Of a stretch of 64,000 nucleotides of DNA, positions 54,603 to 64,000 are shown piece after piece. A program made the translations under genes and the position numbers. Source of the stretch: Bacteroidales bacterium (GTDB taxonomy: Bacteria > Bacteroidota > Bacteroidia > Bacteroidales > GWA2-32-17); contig JAOADU010000060.1 of the NCBI GenBank assembly GCA_026417155.1, positions 11,604-75,603 of the forward strand, written 5' to 3'. The notes under the pieces were generated by a model. The model did not search any database, was not told the origin of the DNA, and saw only the letters and a list, made by a program, of their open reading frames with translations. The first letter of the stretch is position 1; each line of letters begins with the position of its first letter.

Positions 54603-57600
54603 ATGAAAAAGAGAAGTTTATTAATAATTATAGGATTAAGCATAAGTCTATTAAGCAACAAATATATACAGGCTCAATGTAATCTTAGTATAGATACGGC
54701 ATTATATGACGGAAATATTTTTATTACACCTGACACCATAAAGATTTGTTTGGGCGATCAGGTTACATTCAACTTTTCAAATGCAGGTTGCCCAACGTAC
54801 ATGATGAATAATAATTTTAACAATGGGACAATAGGTACAGGATGGTCGTCAAATGCAAGTCCAATGTTTAATAATCCTTGTGGTCCTGGTCCAGATGGTA
54901 CAACATATTTATGGATAGGACCTGCTACGAGCTTCCCTCGTAGACTTACAACAGTTGGTTTTCAGGTAACTACTCAATGCCAAATTTGTTTCGACATGAA
55001 ATATGCTACTCAAAGTCAATCTTCGCCATGCGAAGGACCCGATGAACCAACCGAAGGCGTACATTTACAATATTCTACAGTAGGACCTAACGGACCATGG
55101 ATTGATATAAATTACTGGAATCCTAACGGAGGATACGATCCTTATCTAACTACATGGCACAATTACTGCGAAAATGTGCCTGTAAACGGCACAGTTTGGT
55201 TTAGTTGGTATCAGGATGTAACATCAGGTAACGATTATGATCATTGGGGATTAGATAATGTCGAAATCTTTTGTCCGCCACCTAATCAAACTTTATATAG
55301 TTACTACAATGGTGTACAAATTACAAATAATCAATATACAGCTACAATTACACCCCAAAGCAGTGGTTATTTTTCTGCCATAGTTTCAACAGGAACCAAC
55401 TCAGCCAAAGATAGTGTATACGTAAGTGTATATCCACAACCCAATATGACCATTTCGGGCTTAAATAATACATATTGCGTAACCGATGCGGCGACAACAC
55501 TTACAGGTAGCCCTACACCCGGTGTATTTTCGGGACCAGGAATAACGGGCAATACATTCAACCCACAAACAGCGGGAGTAGGAACTCATACTATTACATA
55601 TCATCATTATTATGTTACTACAAACACTTCAACAGGGCTGCTTACGTTGTTTTATGATGATTTTGGTACTGATAAAGGATGGACAGGTTACGGAACACAA
55701 TGGTCGAGAGGACCTGCAGTTGCCAGTACTGGTTGTAGCGGAAGTCAAGATCCTTCGCAAGATAATACACCCACTGCCGATAATTATATTATTGGGAATT
55801 GGATAGGTGGTTGTTATCAAAATAACATGAATCAAACATATTGGCTTACAAGTCCTGTTATCAACTGTTCGGGAATGAATCAATGCAGTATAGAATTTTA
55901 TAGTCATAGTGGTGTAGAGAGTCCTACCTATGATAAGTTGTTTATTGAGGCTTATAATGGTACAAGTTGGCAACAAGTATGGGTTAATACGTCAAGTGTA
56001 AATGAAACTTCATGGACATTAAAAACTTTTTCTGTACCGCAAGCAACCAATAATGCAAATTTTAGAGTTAGATTCGGTATTGGCCCTACGGATGGATCTG
56101 TAACATATAAAGGCTGGAACATAGACGATTTTAAAGTTAAGTGCAATGGAACCATTACTGTTACAGATACATTGTGTGATTTTACAACAACTCAACAAGT
56201 TACTGTTTCACCACAGCCCACTTCAACATTTACATACAATGATTCTATTTGTCCTAATAGTACTACTACCATTCAATATACGGGAAATGCTCCTGCAAAT
56301 GCAACATATAATTGGAATTTTGGAGGAGGGACTATTGTTAGTGGTTCTGGGGCAGGACCGTATGTTGTACAATATGCAAATGCAGGTTCATACAACATAA
56401 GCCTTACTGTAACACAAAATGGTTGTCAATCTGTTACAACAACACATACACTAACAGTATTACCTTTCGGACATCCATATTGCTGTATTTTACCAACAAC
56501 CAATGCAGGTTCCGATGGTAGTATATGTGGATTAACTTATAGCATGAATGCCGTACCATCGGTAGGAACAGGAACCTGGACACAACTGACAGGACCGGGG
56601 ACTTCTACTTTTCAAAATGCAAATTCGCCAACTACGTCAGTTTCAGTTACAACCCCCGGAGTTTATACCTATCAGTGGCATGAAGTTAATGGTATAGGTT
56701 GCGAAAACAGAGATACTGTTCAAGTTACATTCATTCAACAACCTAATGCCGAAGCGGGTCAGAATATTTCTGTGTGTGCATTACAAACAACCTTAAATGC
56801 TGTACCTTCGGTAGGAACTGGCACATGGACGCAAATTTCCGGTCCAGGTACATTATCATTTTCTAATATGAATAATCCACAGGCAACGATAACGACAACT
56901 ACACAAGGTTCATATGTTTTACAATGGACGGAAAATAACAATGGTTGTACCTCGTCCGATCAAGTAACAGTAGTTTTAACCTCTCAGCCTGTAGCTAATG
57001 CTGGCGTCGATAATGCAATCTGTTCATTGAATTATACAATGACAGCTGTACCTAGTGTTGGTACTGGAACATGGTTGATGATTAACGGACCAGGGGTCGC
57101 TCAATTTACAAATGCACAGTCACCAACAACAAATGTTCAGGTAAATACACATGGTACTTATACTTTTGTTTGGACAGAAAACAATGGCAATGGTTGTATA
57201 AGTAGCGATACGGTAGTTATTACATTTAATTATATTCCAACGTCGACATTCACAATCAGTCCTATTTCGTGTTACGGCGATACTGCTATTGTAACATATA
57301 CAGGAAATGGTCTTTCAACAGCCACATATTCATGGAATTTCGGGAATGCAAATGTTATTTCCGGTACTGGTGCCGGTCCTTTTGCTATTAACTTTAATCA
57401 AAGTGGTAATTTTTCCATCAGTTTGCAAGTGAGTCAAAATGGTTGTCAATCACCAACAACAACTCAATCTGTAACCAATCCTCAACCAATTCAATTGACT
57501 TTATCGAAGCAAGATGTTAGTTGTTTTGGATTAAACGATGGGGTAGTAAGTAGCACTGTGCAAGGTGGAACACCGCCATATACATACTTGTGGAATAATG

Positions 57601-58952
57601 GAGCCATTTACGCTAATCAGGTGCAGGCTACAGCAGGTTGGTATGTTTTAACTGTTACCGATGTAAATGGTTGTACGGCTGTTAATGAAGTTACAGTTTT
57701 TGAGCCAGCTAAATTACAAATAGATATGCTAGATTCAATAGCTATTTGTAAAGATTCTACAATAACTATTTTAGCATCGGTAACTGGCGGAACTTTTCCG
57801 TATACATATCAATGGAATAATGGTTATACCTTACCTAATATTACAGTTACTCCTACTCAAACAACCATATATACACTGTTTGTAACGGATAGCAAAAATT
57901 GTGTTACAAGTAAGAGTATAAAAGTATATGTATTCCCTCCAGTTATATTAACAGCTACTGCTAATGTTGATAGTATTTGTATGGGCGAGAAAGTTACCAT
58001 TACAACAAATGTAACGGGAGGTAAGCTTCCCTATACATATTATGTTAATAACATTCAAACATCAATACCTATACATATTTATCCCAATTCATCTCAATCA
58101 TATCAAGTGCGAGTGGTTGATGCCTGTGGATATTCTTCAATGGTAGATATTCCTATATTTGTATATCCTTCACCATCAATTAATCCAAGTAGCGATAAAA
58201 TTGCAGGATGTGCTCCTTTAACTGTTCAGTTTAATGAAAGCAGTCCCGACGAAGGTCAAACATACATTTGGAATTTTGGCGATAACAGTTCTGCATTTTC
58301 AAAAAATCCTCGCCATACTTTTCAAAATCCAGGAACCTATACTATTACAATAACTACGATCAATCAATATGGATGTCAGGCAGTGAATGTTATTTCGAAT
58401 TGGATAACGGTATATCCTCTTCCTGAAGCAAAATTTATTGCAGATCCTCCTATAGCAACAGTTGTTAAGCCAGAAATACATTTCATCAATTTATCTTCAC
58501 TGGCTGATAGCGTGATGTGGTTTTTTGGGGATGGTGATTCGTCGAATATCTATAGTCCATATCATCGCTACCAAGCTTTTCATCCATCAAAATACAGTGT
58601 AACATTGGTTGTTTACACGAATAAAGGTTGTGCCGACACTACTTATGGTAATGTAGAAATTAAAGATGTTTATACATTCTACGCTCCTACAGCCTTCAGC
58701 CCCGATGGTGATGGCATTAATGAAGTGTTCCGAATCAAAGGACATGGTATTATGGAAGAAACATTTAATTTAAAGATTTACGATCGTTGGGGCGAAATTG
58801 TATTTGAAACCGATGATATTAATTTGGGATGGGATGGAAGAATAAAAAACGGGCAATTAGCACCCGCAGGAACATACACATGGATTGTAAGGTTTAAAGA
58901 TTTGCAAAAAATAGCTCACGAAGAATACGGAAAAGTAACCATTATTCGTTAA
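54603..58952 (+). CDS. giant T9SS-secreted surface protein (PKD-like and SprB-type repeats, type B C-terminal sorting domain)
   Basis: 1449 aa with a signal peptide. Three ~82-aa repeats read AVPSVGTGTWTQ..GPG...F.N...P.T.V. SprB-repeat-like units read DVSCFGLNDGVV...GGTPPYTYLWNNG and GGTFPYTYQWNNG. PKD-like units read WNFGDNSS...HTFQNPGTYTITI. The C-terminus (58668-58949) reads FYAPTAFSPDGDGINEVFRIKG...YDRWGEIVFE...GWDGR...PAGTYTW. Confidence 0.85.
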   Translation: MKKRSLLIIIGLSISLLSNKYIQAQCNLSIDTALYDGNIFITPDTIKICLGDQVTFNFSNAGCPTYMMNNNFNNGTIGTGWSSNASPMFNNPCGPGPDGTTYLWIGPATSFPRRLTTVGFQVTTQCQICFDMKYATQSQSSPCEGPDEPTEGVHLQYSTVGPNGPWIDINYWNPNGGYDPYLTTWHNYCENVPVNGTVWFSWYQDVTSGNDYDHWGLDNVEIFCPPPNQTLYSYYNGVQITNNQYTATITPQSSGYFSAIVSTGTNSAKDSVYVSVYPQPNMTISGLNNTYCVTDAATTLTGSPTPGVFSGPGITGNTFNPQTAGVGTHTITYHHYYVTTNTSTGLLTLFYDDFGTDKGWTGYGTQWSRGPAVASTGCSGSQDPSQDNTPTADNYIIGNWIGGCYQNNMNQTYWLTSPVINCSGMNQCSIEFYSHSGVESPTYDKLFIEAYNGTSWQQVWVNTSSVNETSWTLKTFSVPQATNNANFRVRFGIGPTDGSVTYKGWNIDDFKVKCNGTITVTDTLCDFTTTQQVTVSPQPTSTFTYNDSICPNSTTTIQYTGNAPANATYNWNFGGGTIVSGSGAGPYVVQYANAGSYNISLTVTQNGCQSVTTTHTLTVLPFGHPYCCILPTTNAGSDGSICGLTYSMNAVPSVGTGTWTQLTGPGTSTFQNANSPTTSVSVTTPGVYTYQWHEVNGIGCENRDTVQVTFIQQPNAEAGQNISVCALQTTLNAVPSVGTGTWTQISGPGTLSFSNMNNPQATITTTTQGSYVLQWTENNNGCTSSDQVTVVLTSQPVANAGVDNAICSLNYTMTAVPSVGTGTWLMINGPGVAQFTNAQSPTTNVQVNTHGTYTFVWTENNGNGCISSDTVVITFNYIPTSTFTISPISCYGDTAIVTYTGNGLSTATYSWNFGNANVISGTGAGPFAINFNQSGNFSISLQVSQNGCQSPTTTQSVTNPQPIQLTLSKQDVSCFGLNDGVVSSTVQGGTPPYTYLWNNGAIYANQVQATAGWYVLTVTDVNGCTAVNEVTVFEPAKLQIDMLDSIAICKDSTITILASVTGGTFPYTYQWNNGYTLPNITVTPTQTTIYTLFVTDSKNCVTSKSIKVYVFPPVILTATANVDSICMGEKVTITTNVTGGKLPYTYYVNNIQTSIPIHIYPNSSQSYQVRVVDACGYSSMVDIPIFVYPSPSINPSSDKIAGCAPLTVQFNESSPDEGQTYIWNFGDNSSAFSKNPRHTFQNPGTYTITITTINQYGCQAVNVISNWITVYPLPEAKFIADPPIATVVKPEIHFINLSSLADSVMWFFGDGDSSNIYSPYHRYQAFHPSKYSVTLVVYTNKGCADTTYGNVEIKDVYTFYAPTAFSPDGDGINEVFRIKGHGIMEETFNLKIYDRWGEIVFETDDINLGWDGRIKNGQLAPAGTYTWIVRFKDLQKIAHEEYGKVTIIR
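56492..57238 (+). repeat. three coding tandem repeats (~246-249 bp period) inside the second adhesin gene
   Basis: Landmarks GCCGTACCATCGGTAGGAACAGG (56550), GCTGTACCTTCGGTAGGAACTGG (56799) and GCTGTACCTAGTGTTGGTACTGG (57045). Boundaries are approximate. Confidence 0.75.
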
Positions 58953-58977
58953 TTTGAAAGATTTAATTATTTTTTTG

Positions 58978-59010
58978 AAAAGAGGCAAGTAATAATTGCC
59001 TCTTTTTTTT
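58978..59010 (+). terminator. rho-independent terminator after the second adhesin gene
   Basis: Hairpin AAAGAGGCAA-gtaataa-TTGCCTCTTT is followed by a T-run (to 59010). The TTG 'start' at 58996 in the ORF track lies inside this hairpin. Confidence 0.8.
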
Positions 59011-59031
59011 CATCTTTGCAAAAAAAAGCAT

Positions 59032-60723
59032 ATGAAAAATATTCGTTTATCCGTATTGATATTAATATCAGGATTATTTATTCAGTGTTCAACAGAAACA
59101 AAAAAAGAAACTAATATGAATGCAGAAGCAGATAGTGTAATACAGGCATTTGAAAACAAAATAAAACCATTATACAAAGAAATGGCTTTAGCATATTGGA
59201 ATGCTTCAATTACAGGCAAAGACGAAGACTATCAAAAATCGCTTGAAGCTGAGTTAAAGTATAATCAAGTTTTAGCAGATAAAGAGTTGTTTTCAAAGGT
59301 TCAGCAAATAAGAACATCTGGAAAACTTAATGATACGCTACGGATTAGACAAATTGAAGCTATTTATTCCTATATGTTGCCCAAGCAGGTTGATAGCAAT
59401 TTATCCAAACAAATTACTGAATTGCAAAATCAGATTGAAAAGAAGTTTTCAACTTTTCGTGCTTCTTTCGATGGTAAAAAATATACTGATAATGAAATTG
59501 AAGAAATTTTACGAACAAGTACCGATAATAAAAAACTTGAAAAAGCATGGGTTGCTGTTAAGGAAATAGGACCTGTTGTAGCTGAAGATATAAAAAAACT
59601 TGCAAAACTAAGAAATCAAGTAGCTCAATCGCAGGGTTATAAGAATTACCACGAAATGAAATTATTACTTGATGAACAAGACCCAAAGGTAATTGAACAA
59701 TTATTTGATGAATTGGATCAATTGACCAGAGACGCATTTGCTACATTAAAAAGCGAAATGGATGAAAAATTAGCTCAACGCTACAAAATAAAAAAAGAAG
59801 ATTTAATGCCATGGCATTATCAAAACCGTTTTTTTCAGGAAGCACCTGCTATTTACAATATAGACCTTGATTCGTATTATAAGAACCAGAATTTAGAAAA
59901 ACTTACGATAGACTTTTTTGCCAGCATAGGTATGGATGTAACCGATATTATTCAACGAAGTGATTTATATGAAAAAGAAGGTAAAAATCAACATGCATAT
60001 TGCACCGATATAGATAATGAGGGAGATATACGAATACTTTGCAATATACGCCCCAACAACCAATGGATGGGAACAATGCTACACGAATTTGGTCATGGTG
60101 TTTATGATAAATATATAGATATGAGCGTGCCATACATTCTACGCGAACCAGCCCATACTTTTACCACCGAGGCTATTGCTATGATTTTTGGACGTTTATC
60201 TACTAATGGTGAATGGATGAAAGCAATGGGAATTATTAACGAAGAAGAAGCTAAAAAGGTTAATGAAGAAGGCTTTAAAATGTTGCGCCTTGAACAACTT
60301 GTATTCAGTCGTTGGTCTCAAGTAATGTACCGATTTGAGAAAGCTTTATATGAAAACCCCGATCAGGATTTGAATAAATTATGGTGGGATTTGGTTGAAA
60401 AGTATCAGATGATGAAACGACCAAAAGACAGAAATATGCCCGATTGGGCTACCAAAATTCATATTGCAACTTCACCATGTTATTATCACAATTATTTACT
60501 AGGCGAATTATTAGCATCACAATTTAACGCATACATAGTTACACATATTTTAAAATCAAATAATTTTAAAACACCCAATTACGTAGGTAATAAGGAAATA
60601 GGAAAATTCTTTATAGAAAAAGTATTTAAACCAGGCAGAACTTATTATTGGAACGATATGATACAAAAGGCAACTGGTGAAAAATTAACAGCAAAATTTT
60701 ATGCTGAGCAATTTGTTAAATAA
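59032..60723 (+). CDS. clan MA zinc metallopeptidase lipoprotein (HEFGH; M2/M3-like)
   Basis: Start taken at MKNIRLSVLILISGLFIQC (lipobox). Zinc motif MLHEFGHGVYD with downstream TTEAIAM. The N-terminal pattern LAYWNASITGKDEDY recalls ACE-like (M2) enzymes. The exact family is unresolved. Confidence 0.65.
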   Translation: MKNIRLSVLILISGLFIQCSTETKKETNMNAEADSVIQAFENKIKPLYKEMALAYWNASITGKDEDYQKSLEAELKYNQVLADKELFSKVQQIRTSGKLNDTLRIRQIEAIYSYMLPKQVDSNLSKQITELQNQIEKKFSTFRASFDGKKYTDNEIEEILRTSTDNKKLEKAWVAVKEIGPVVAEDIKKLAKLRNQVAQSQGYKNYHEMKLLLDEQDPKVIEQLFDELDQLTRDAFATLKSEMDEKLAQRYKIKKEDLMPWHYQNRFFQEAPAIYNIDLDSYYKNQNLEKLTIDFFASIGMDVTDIIQRSDLYEKEGKNQHAYCTDIDNEGDIRILCNIRPNNQWMGTMLHEFGHGVYDKYIDMSVPYILREPAHTFTTEAIAMIFGRLSTNGEWMKAMGIINEEEAKKVNEEGFKMLRLEQLVFSRWSQVMYRFEKALYENPDQDLNKLWWDLVEKYQMMKRPKDRNMPDWATKIHIATSPCYYHNYLLGELLASQFNAYIVTHILKSNNFKTPNYVGNKEIGKFFIEKVFKPGRTYYWNDMIQKATGEKLTAKFYAEQFVK

Positions 60724-61507
60724 TTATTCGCTACTGTATATTCATTGGAATCCCAATCCTGAAATATTTAATATTGGTGGATTGAGTATTCGTTGGTATG
60801 GTTTATTATTTGCGTTAGGCTTTTTATTTGGTTACTTAATAATGCAACGAATATTCAGCAAGGAAGGTATTGATCAAAAAGTTCTCGATAGGCTTAGTAT
60901 TTACATGCTTTTGGGAACAATAATTGGAGCACGTTTGGGGCATTGTTTTTTTTACGAGCCCATGTATTATTTATCAAATCCTTTAGAGATATTGAACATA
61001 CGTCAGGGAGGTTTAGCCAGTCATGGTGCAGCTATTGGAATTATTATTGCTTTGTGGCTCTTTTCACGCAAAGAAAAACGCCCTATTTCATGGATATTAG
61101 ATAGAATTGTTATTGTTGTTGCACTTGCAGGATCGCTTATACGTATTGGTAATTTGATGAACTCTGAAATATATGGTGCTCCAACAAACGTATCGTGGGC
61201 TTTTATTTTTGATCAGGTTGACCAAGTGCCCCGACATCCTTCACAAATTTATGAATCAGTTGTTTATTTTCTACTATTTATAATTTTATGGTGGTTGTAC
61301 AAACGGAAAAATGCAACGAATAAACCGTTTTTATTATTTGGTATTTTTTTATTGGTTTGTTTTGGGTATAGGTTTTTTATAGAATTCATTAAAGATGTTC
61401 AAGTTCCTTTTGAACAGCAATTACCATTAAATATGGGGCAGTGGCTGAGTATTCCTTTTATTGTAATAGGAATATTTTTGATTATTAAATCTCCGAAAAA
61501 AGCATAA
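60701..61507 (+). CDS. lgt: prolipoprotein diacylglyceryl transferase
   Basis: 268 aa. SIRWYGLLFALGFLFGY, GARLGHCFFYEP, GGLASHGAAIG and HPSQIYES blocks. It overlaps the upstream gene by 23 nt. Confidence 0.92.
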   Translation: MLSNLLNNYSLLYIHWNPNPEIFNIGGLSIRWYGLLFALGFLFGYLIMQRIFSKEGIDQKVLDRLSIYMLLGTIIGARLGHCFFYEPMYYLSNPLEILNIRQGGLASHGAAIGIIIALWLFSRKEKRPISWILDRIVIVVALAGSLIRIGNLMNSEIYGAPTNVSWAFIFDQVDQVPRHPSQIYESVVYFLLFIILWWLYKRKNATNKPFLLFGIFLLVCFGYRFFIEFIKDVQVPFEQQLPLNMGQWLSIPFIVIGIFLIIKSPKKA

Positions 61508-61531
61508 AAAAACGGGAGAAAATCTCCCGTT
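61505..61531. terminator. intrinsic terminator hairpin between convergent lgt and glgP-like genes
   Basis: Hairpin AACGGGAG-aaaat-CTCCCGTT (61511-61531) is preceded by an A-run on the plus strand. That A-run is a T-run after the hairpin on the minus strand, so it is best oriented for the minus-strand phosphorylase gene. Confidence 0.6.
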
Positions 61532-61665
61532 CATTAACCCAAATACAACAAACTATGAAAACAATTGTTACAACAAAGTTAGCAATAAGTTTATATAAAT
61601 GTAAATATTTTTTACAAACAATAGCTAACACTAAGTTAACAACGTTCAATAAATGATAAACATAT

Positions 61666-64000
61666 TTAAATCCATTTAACTAGTGGAAAATCCATACGGT
61701 GGGGTAATAAATGATGTGTAGGATAAATGCGAAATGCATAGTCGAAAACTCCTGCTTTTATAGTAGGAATGCGACAACTATATGTTACAATCCCTTTTTC
61801 TTCATTAATTGGCTGAAGTTTTTCGATATAGATAATATCTTTTATTTCGTCAAATTCTTTTTGACCAAATAAAACTTCTATTCCAATTTCGTTGGGCTTT
61901 ATTTCATGTAGATTTAAGGTAATTTCTGCAACGAAATCGTCACCTAATTTTAATGGTTTTTGGGTTGAATCGGGAATTTTTACTTCCACAACTTCGATGC
62001 TATCCCACGAACGTAAAATACGAAGTTTCCATGCAGCAATGTGTTTTGCTTTTTCAAATTGATTTTGGTATAATATTTCTCTACGTTCAAACATTTTTTG
62101 ATAAAATTTCGAATAATATTCATCGAGCATTCGTTTCATGGTAAAATGAGGCACTATTGACGCAATAGTTTTCTTGATGTGTTGTATCCATTTGATGGGA
62201 ATGTTTTGCTCGTTGAGTTGATAATATGTAGGTGCAATTTCGTTTTCGAATAAAAAATAAAGAGTTTCGGCATCTAAATTGTCTTGGTATGTTTGATTTG
62301 TATATGTTGCTTCTTCTTTTAATGCCCAACCAGCGCCTTTTACATATCCTTCTGCCCACCATCCGTCGAGTACACTAACATTAACAACGCCGTTCATTAT
62401 GGCCTTTTCGCCACTTGTTCCCGATGCTTCGAGGGGGCGGGTTGGAGTATTTAGCCAAATATCTACTCCCTGAACGAGTTTTGTTGCTAATTCCATGTCG
62501 TAATTTTCTAAAAACAAAATTTTTCCAACAAATTCGGGACGGTGAGAAACTTCATAAATCATTTTAATTAAATCTTGACCGGCTTTATCGGCAGGATGAG
62601 CTTTGCCGGCAAAAATAAAAATCATAGGATATTGAGGATGATTCACTAAACGACTTAATCTATTCAAATCTGAGAAAAGTAAATAGGCTCGTTTGTAAGT
62701 GGCAAAGCGACGAGCAAACCCAATAGTAAGTACATTGTCGTTCATTTTTTCCATGAGTTCGAGGACGAATTTGGGATTTTCTTGTCTTATCTCTATGTTT
62801 TCCATTAATCGTTTGCGAATGAAAACAAATAAATCTTCTTTAAGTTTTTTTCTGATATTCCATATTTCTTCGTTAGGAACAGTTTCAATATTTTTCCATA
62901 GTTCTGCATTAGATTGTTCTGAAATAAATGTTTCGGGCAAATATTTACGATACAGTTCGAGCCATGGTTTGGCAACCCATGTAGGGAAGTGTACGCCATT
63001 GGTAACATAATTAATGTGTAATTCTTCAGGGAAATAATTATTCCAAATGGGCTGAAACATTTTTCGCGAAACTTTTCCATGAATTCGGCTGACACCATTT
63101 ACTTCTTGCGATAACTTACAAGCAAGTACACTCATAGAAAATTTTTCGTTGGTGTCGGTTTCGTTAATTCTGCCCAATCCAATAAAGGCATCCCAACTTA
63201 TATTAAACTTGTCGGCATAATAAGAAAGATATGTGCGAATTAAATCTTCCGAAAAAGTATCGTGTCCGGCAGGAACTGGTGTGTGGGTTGTAAATAATGT
63301 TGTAGCTCTAACAACTTCTAATGCTTCGTTAAAACTAAGATGTCTTACTTCTATTAAACGGCGCAGTCGTTCTAAACCAATAAAAGCAGCATGTCCCTCA
63401 TTGCAATGATACAGTTTTGGCGTTAAACCAAGCAATTCTAACATTTTTATGCCACCAATTCCTAATAATATTTCTTGTTTTAAGCGATTTTCATTATCGC
63501 CTCCATAAAGTTGATATGTTATACTTTTATCGTCAGGATGGTTTTCATCAATGTCTGTATCTAATAAATACAGCGATACTCTGCCAACTTTTACTTCCCA
63601 AATTTTAGCAAAAACAGTCCTGCCCGGGAATGGTAGAGATATCATAAGCCATTCGCCTTTTTCGTTTCTTACGGGGAGCACGGGCATATGGGTAAATTTT
63701 TGTGGTAAATACATCGCAATTTGTTCGCCATTGACACTAAGCGATTGTGTAAAATAACCATAACGATACAGCAATCCTACTCCTACTATTGCTTTACAAG
63801 AGTCGCTGGCTTGTTTTAAATAATCGCCGGCAAGCACACCTAAACCACCAGAGTATATTTTAAGAGTATCGTTGATGCCATATTCCATGCTAAAGTATGC
63901 TATTAGTTCGTTGTAATCGGGTTTTTGAGACAGATATTGTTTGAATTTTTGATATACTTCTTCATATCGGCTAAGAAATTCGTTGTTTTTGCATAATTGT
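61666..64000 (-). CDS. glgP: alpha-glucan family phosphorylase (GlgP-like); N-terminus lies beyond window end
   Basis: The reading frame stays open upstream of the ORF-track Met. My translation of 63889-64000 gives ...NEFLSRYEEVYQKFKQYLSQKPDYNELIAYFSMEYGI.... Other blocks are YSGGLGVLAGDYLKQASD, LYHCNEGHAAF and the PLP-lysine region EASGTSGEKA. Confidence 0.9.
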   Translation of the reverse strand, partial: QLCKNNEFLSRYEEVYQKFKQYLSQKPDYNELIAYFSMEYGINDTLKIYSGGLGVLAGDYLKQASDSCKAIVGVGLLYRYGYFTQSLSVNGEQIAMYLPQKFTHMPVLPVRNEKGEWLMISLPFPGRTVFAKIWEVKVGRVSLYLLDTDIDENHPDDKSITYQLYGGDNENRLKQEILLGIGGIKMLELLGLTPKLYHCNEGHAAFIGLERLRRLIEVRHLSFNEALEVVRATTLFTTHTPVPAGHDTFSEDLIRTYLSYYADKFNISWDAFIGLGRINETDTNEKFSMSVLACKLSQEVNGVSRIHGKVSRKMFQPIWNNYFPEELHINYVTNGVHFPTWVAKPWLELYRKYLPETFISEQSNAELWKNIETVPNEEIWNIRKKLKEDLFVFIRKRLMENIEIRQENPKFVLELMEKMNDNVLTIGFARRFATYKRAYLLFSDLNRLSRLVNHPQYPMIFIFAGKAHPADKAGQDLIKMIYEVSHRPEFVGKILFLENYDMELATKLVQGVDIWLNTPTRPLEASGTSGEKAIMNGVVNVSVLDGWWAEGYVKGAGWALKEEATYTNQTYQDNLDAETLYFLFENEIAPTYYQLNEQNIPIKWIQHIKKTIASIVPHFTMKRMLDEYYSKFYQKMFERREILYQNQFEKAKHIAAWKLRILRSWDSIEVVEVKIPDSTQKPLKLGDDFVAEITLNLHEIKPNEIGIEVLFGQKEFDEIKDIIYIEKLQPINEEKGIVTYSCRIPTIKAGVFDYAFRIYPTHHLLPHRMDFPLVKWI

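Noticed and set aside
58996-59031. TTG-initiated N-terminal extension of the peptidase ORF
   Set aside because: The TTG lies inside the terminator hairpin of the upstream adhesin gene. The ATG at 59032 gives a proper lipoprotein signal peptide.
1-64000. Looked for mobile elements, integrases, restriction-modification, toxin-antitoxin, CRISPR-Cas, retrons/reverse transcriptases, rRNA and tRNA genes
   Set aside because: No ORF shows the corresponding catalytic motifs, and no tRNA- or rRNA-like sequence was seen by eye. Small RNAs and degenerate elements cannot be excluded without covariance-model searches.

Overview
This is an AT-rich, tightly packed chromosomal segment of a Bacteroidota bacterium. 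The assignment rests on a type IX secretion (T9SS)/gliding core operon, TAnnTTTG -7 promoter boxes followed by A-rich leaders, and many lipoproteins. I call about 52 protein genes. I saw no rRNA, tRNA, CRISPR array, transposase, integrase or obvious defence genes. Housekeeping genes: lpxK, ychF, hutU, nadE, tyrS, pth, rplY, rsmI, topA, a PBP1A, prfB (classic programmed +1 frameshift, N-terminus missed by the ORF track), ubiX, lnt, lgt, and partial PNP and alpha-glucan phosphorylase genes at the two edges. Envelope and secretion content: porP-gldK-gldL-gldM-gldN; two giant T9SS type-B-CTD adhesins, one with an adjacent PorP/SprF partner and one without; a Wza/Wzc pair; and two small PorT-like beta-barrels. 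Items most worth a second look: (1) a six-gene ArsR-type operon in which every product carries a CxxC, CC, CSC or PC motif, which reads as a thiol relay across the membrane plus a permease, with a palindrome centred on its -7 box. (2) Two diverged, mutually inverted copies of a GC-rich, hairpin-dense element of about 100 nt in AT-rich spacers (about 5.1 kb and 11.9 kb). (3) An arginase-fold protein with all Mn-ligand positions substituted, overlapping the topA stop by 4 nt and sitting directly upstream of the T9SS operon. (4) Candidate operators at the crp/fnr-like and hutU promoters. None of these is a demonstrated new system. All functional calls come from by-eye motif recognition and need HMM or BLAST confirmation.
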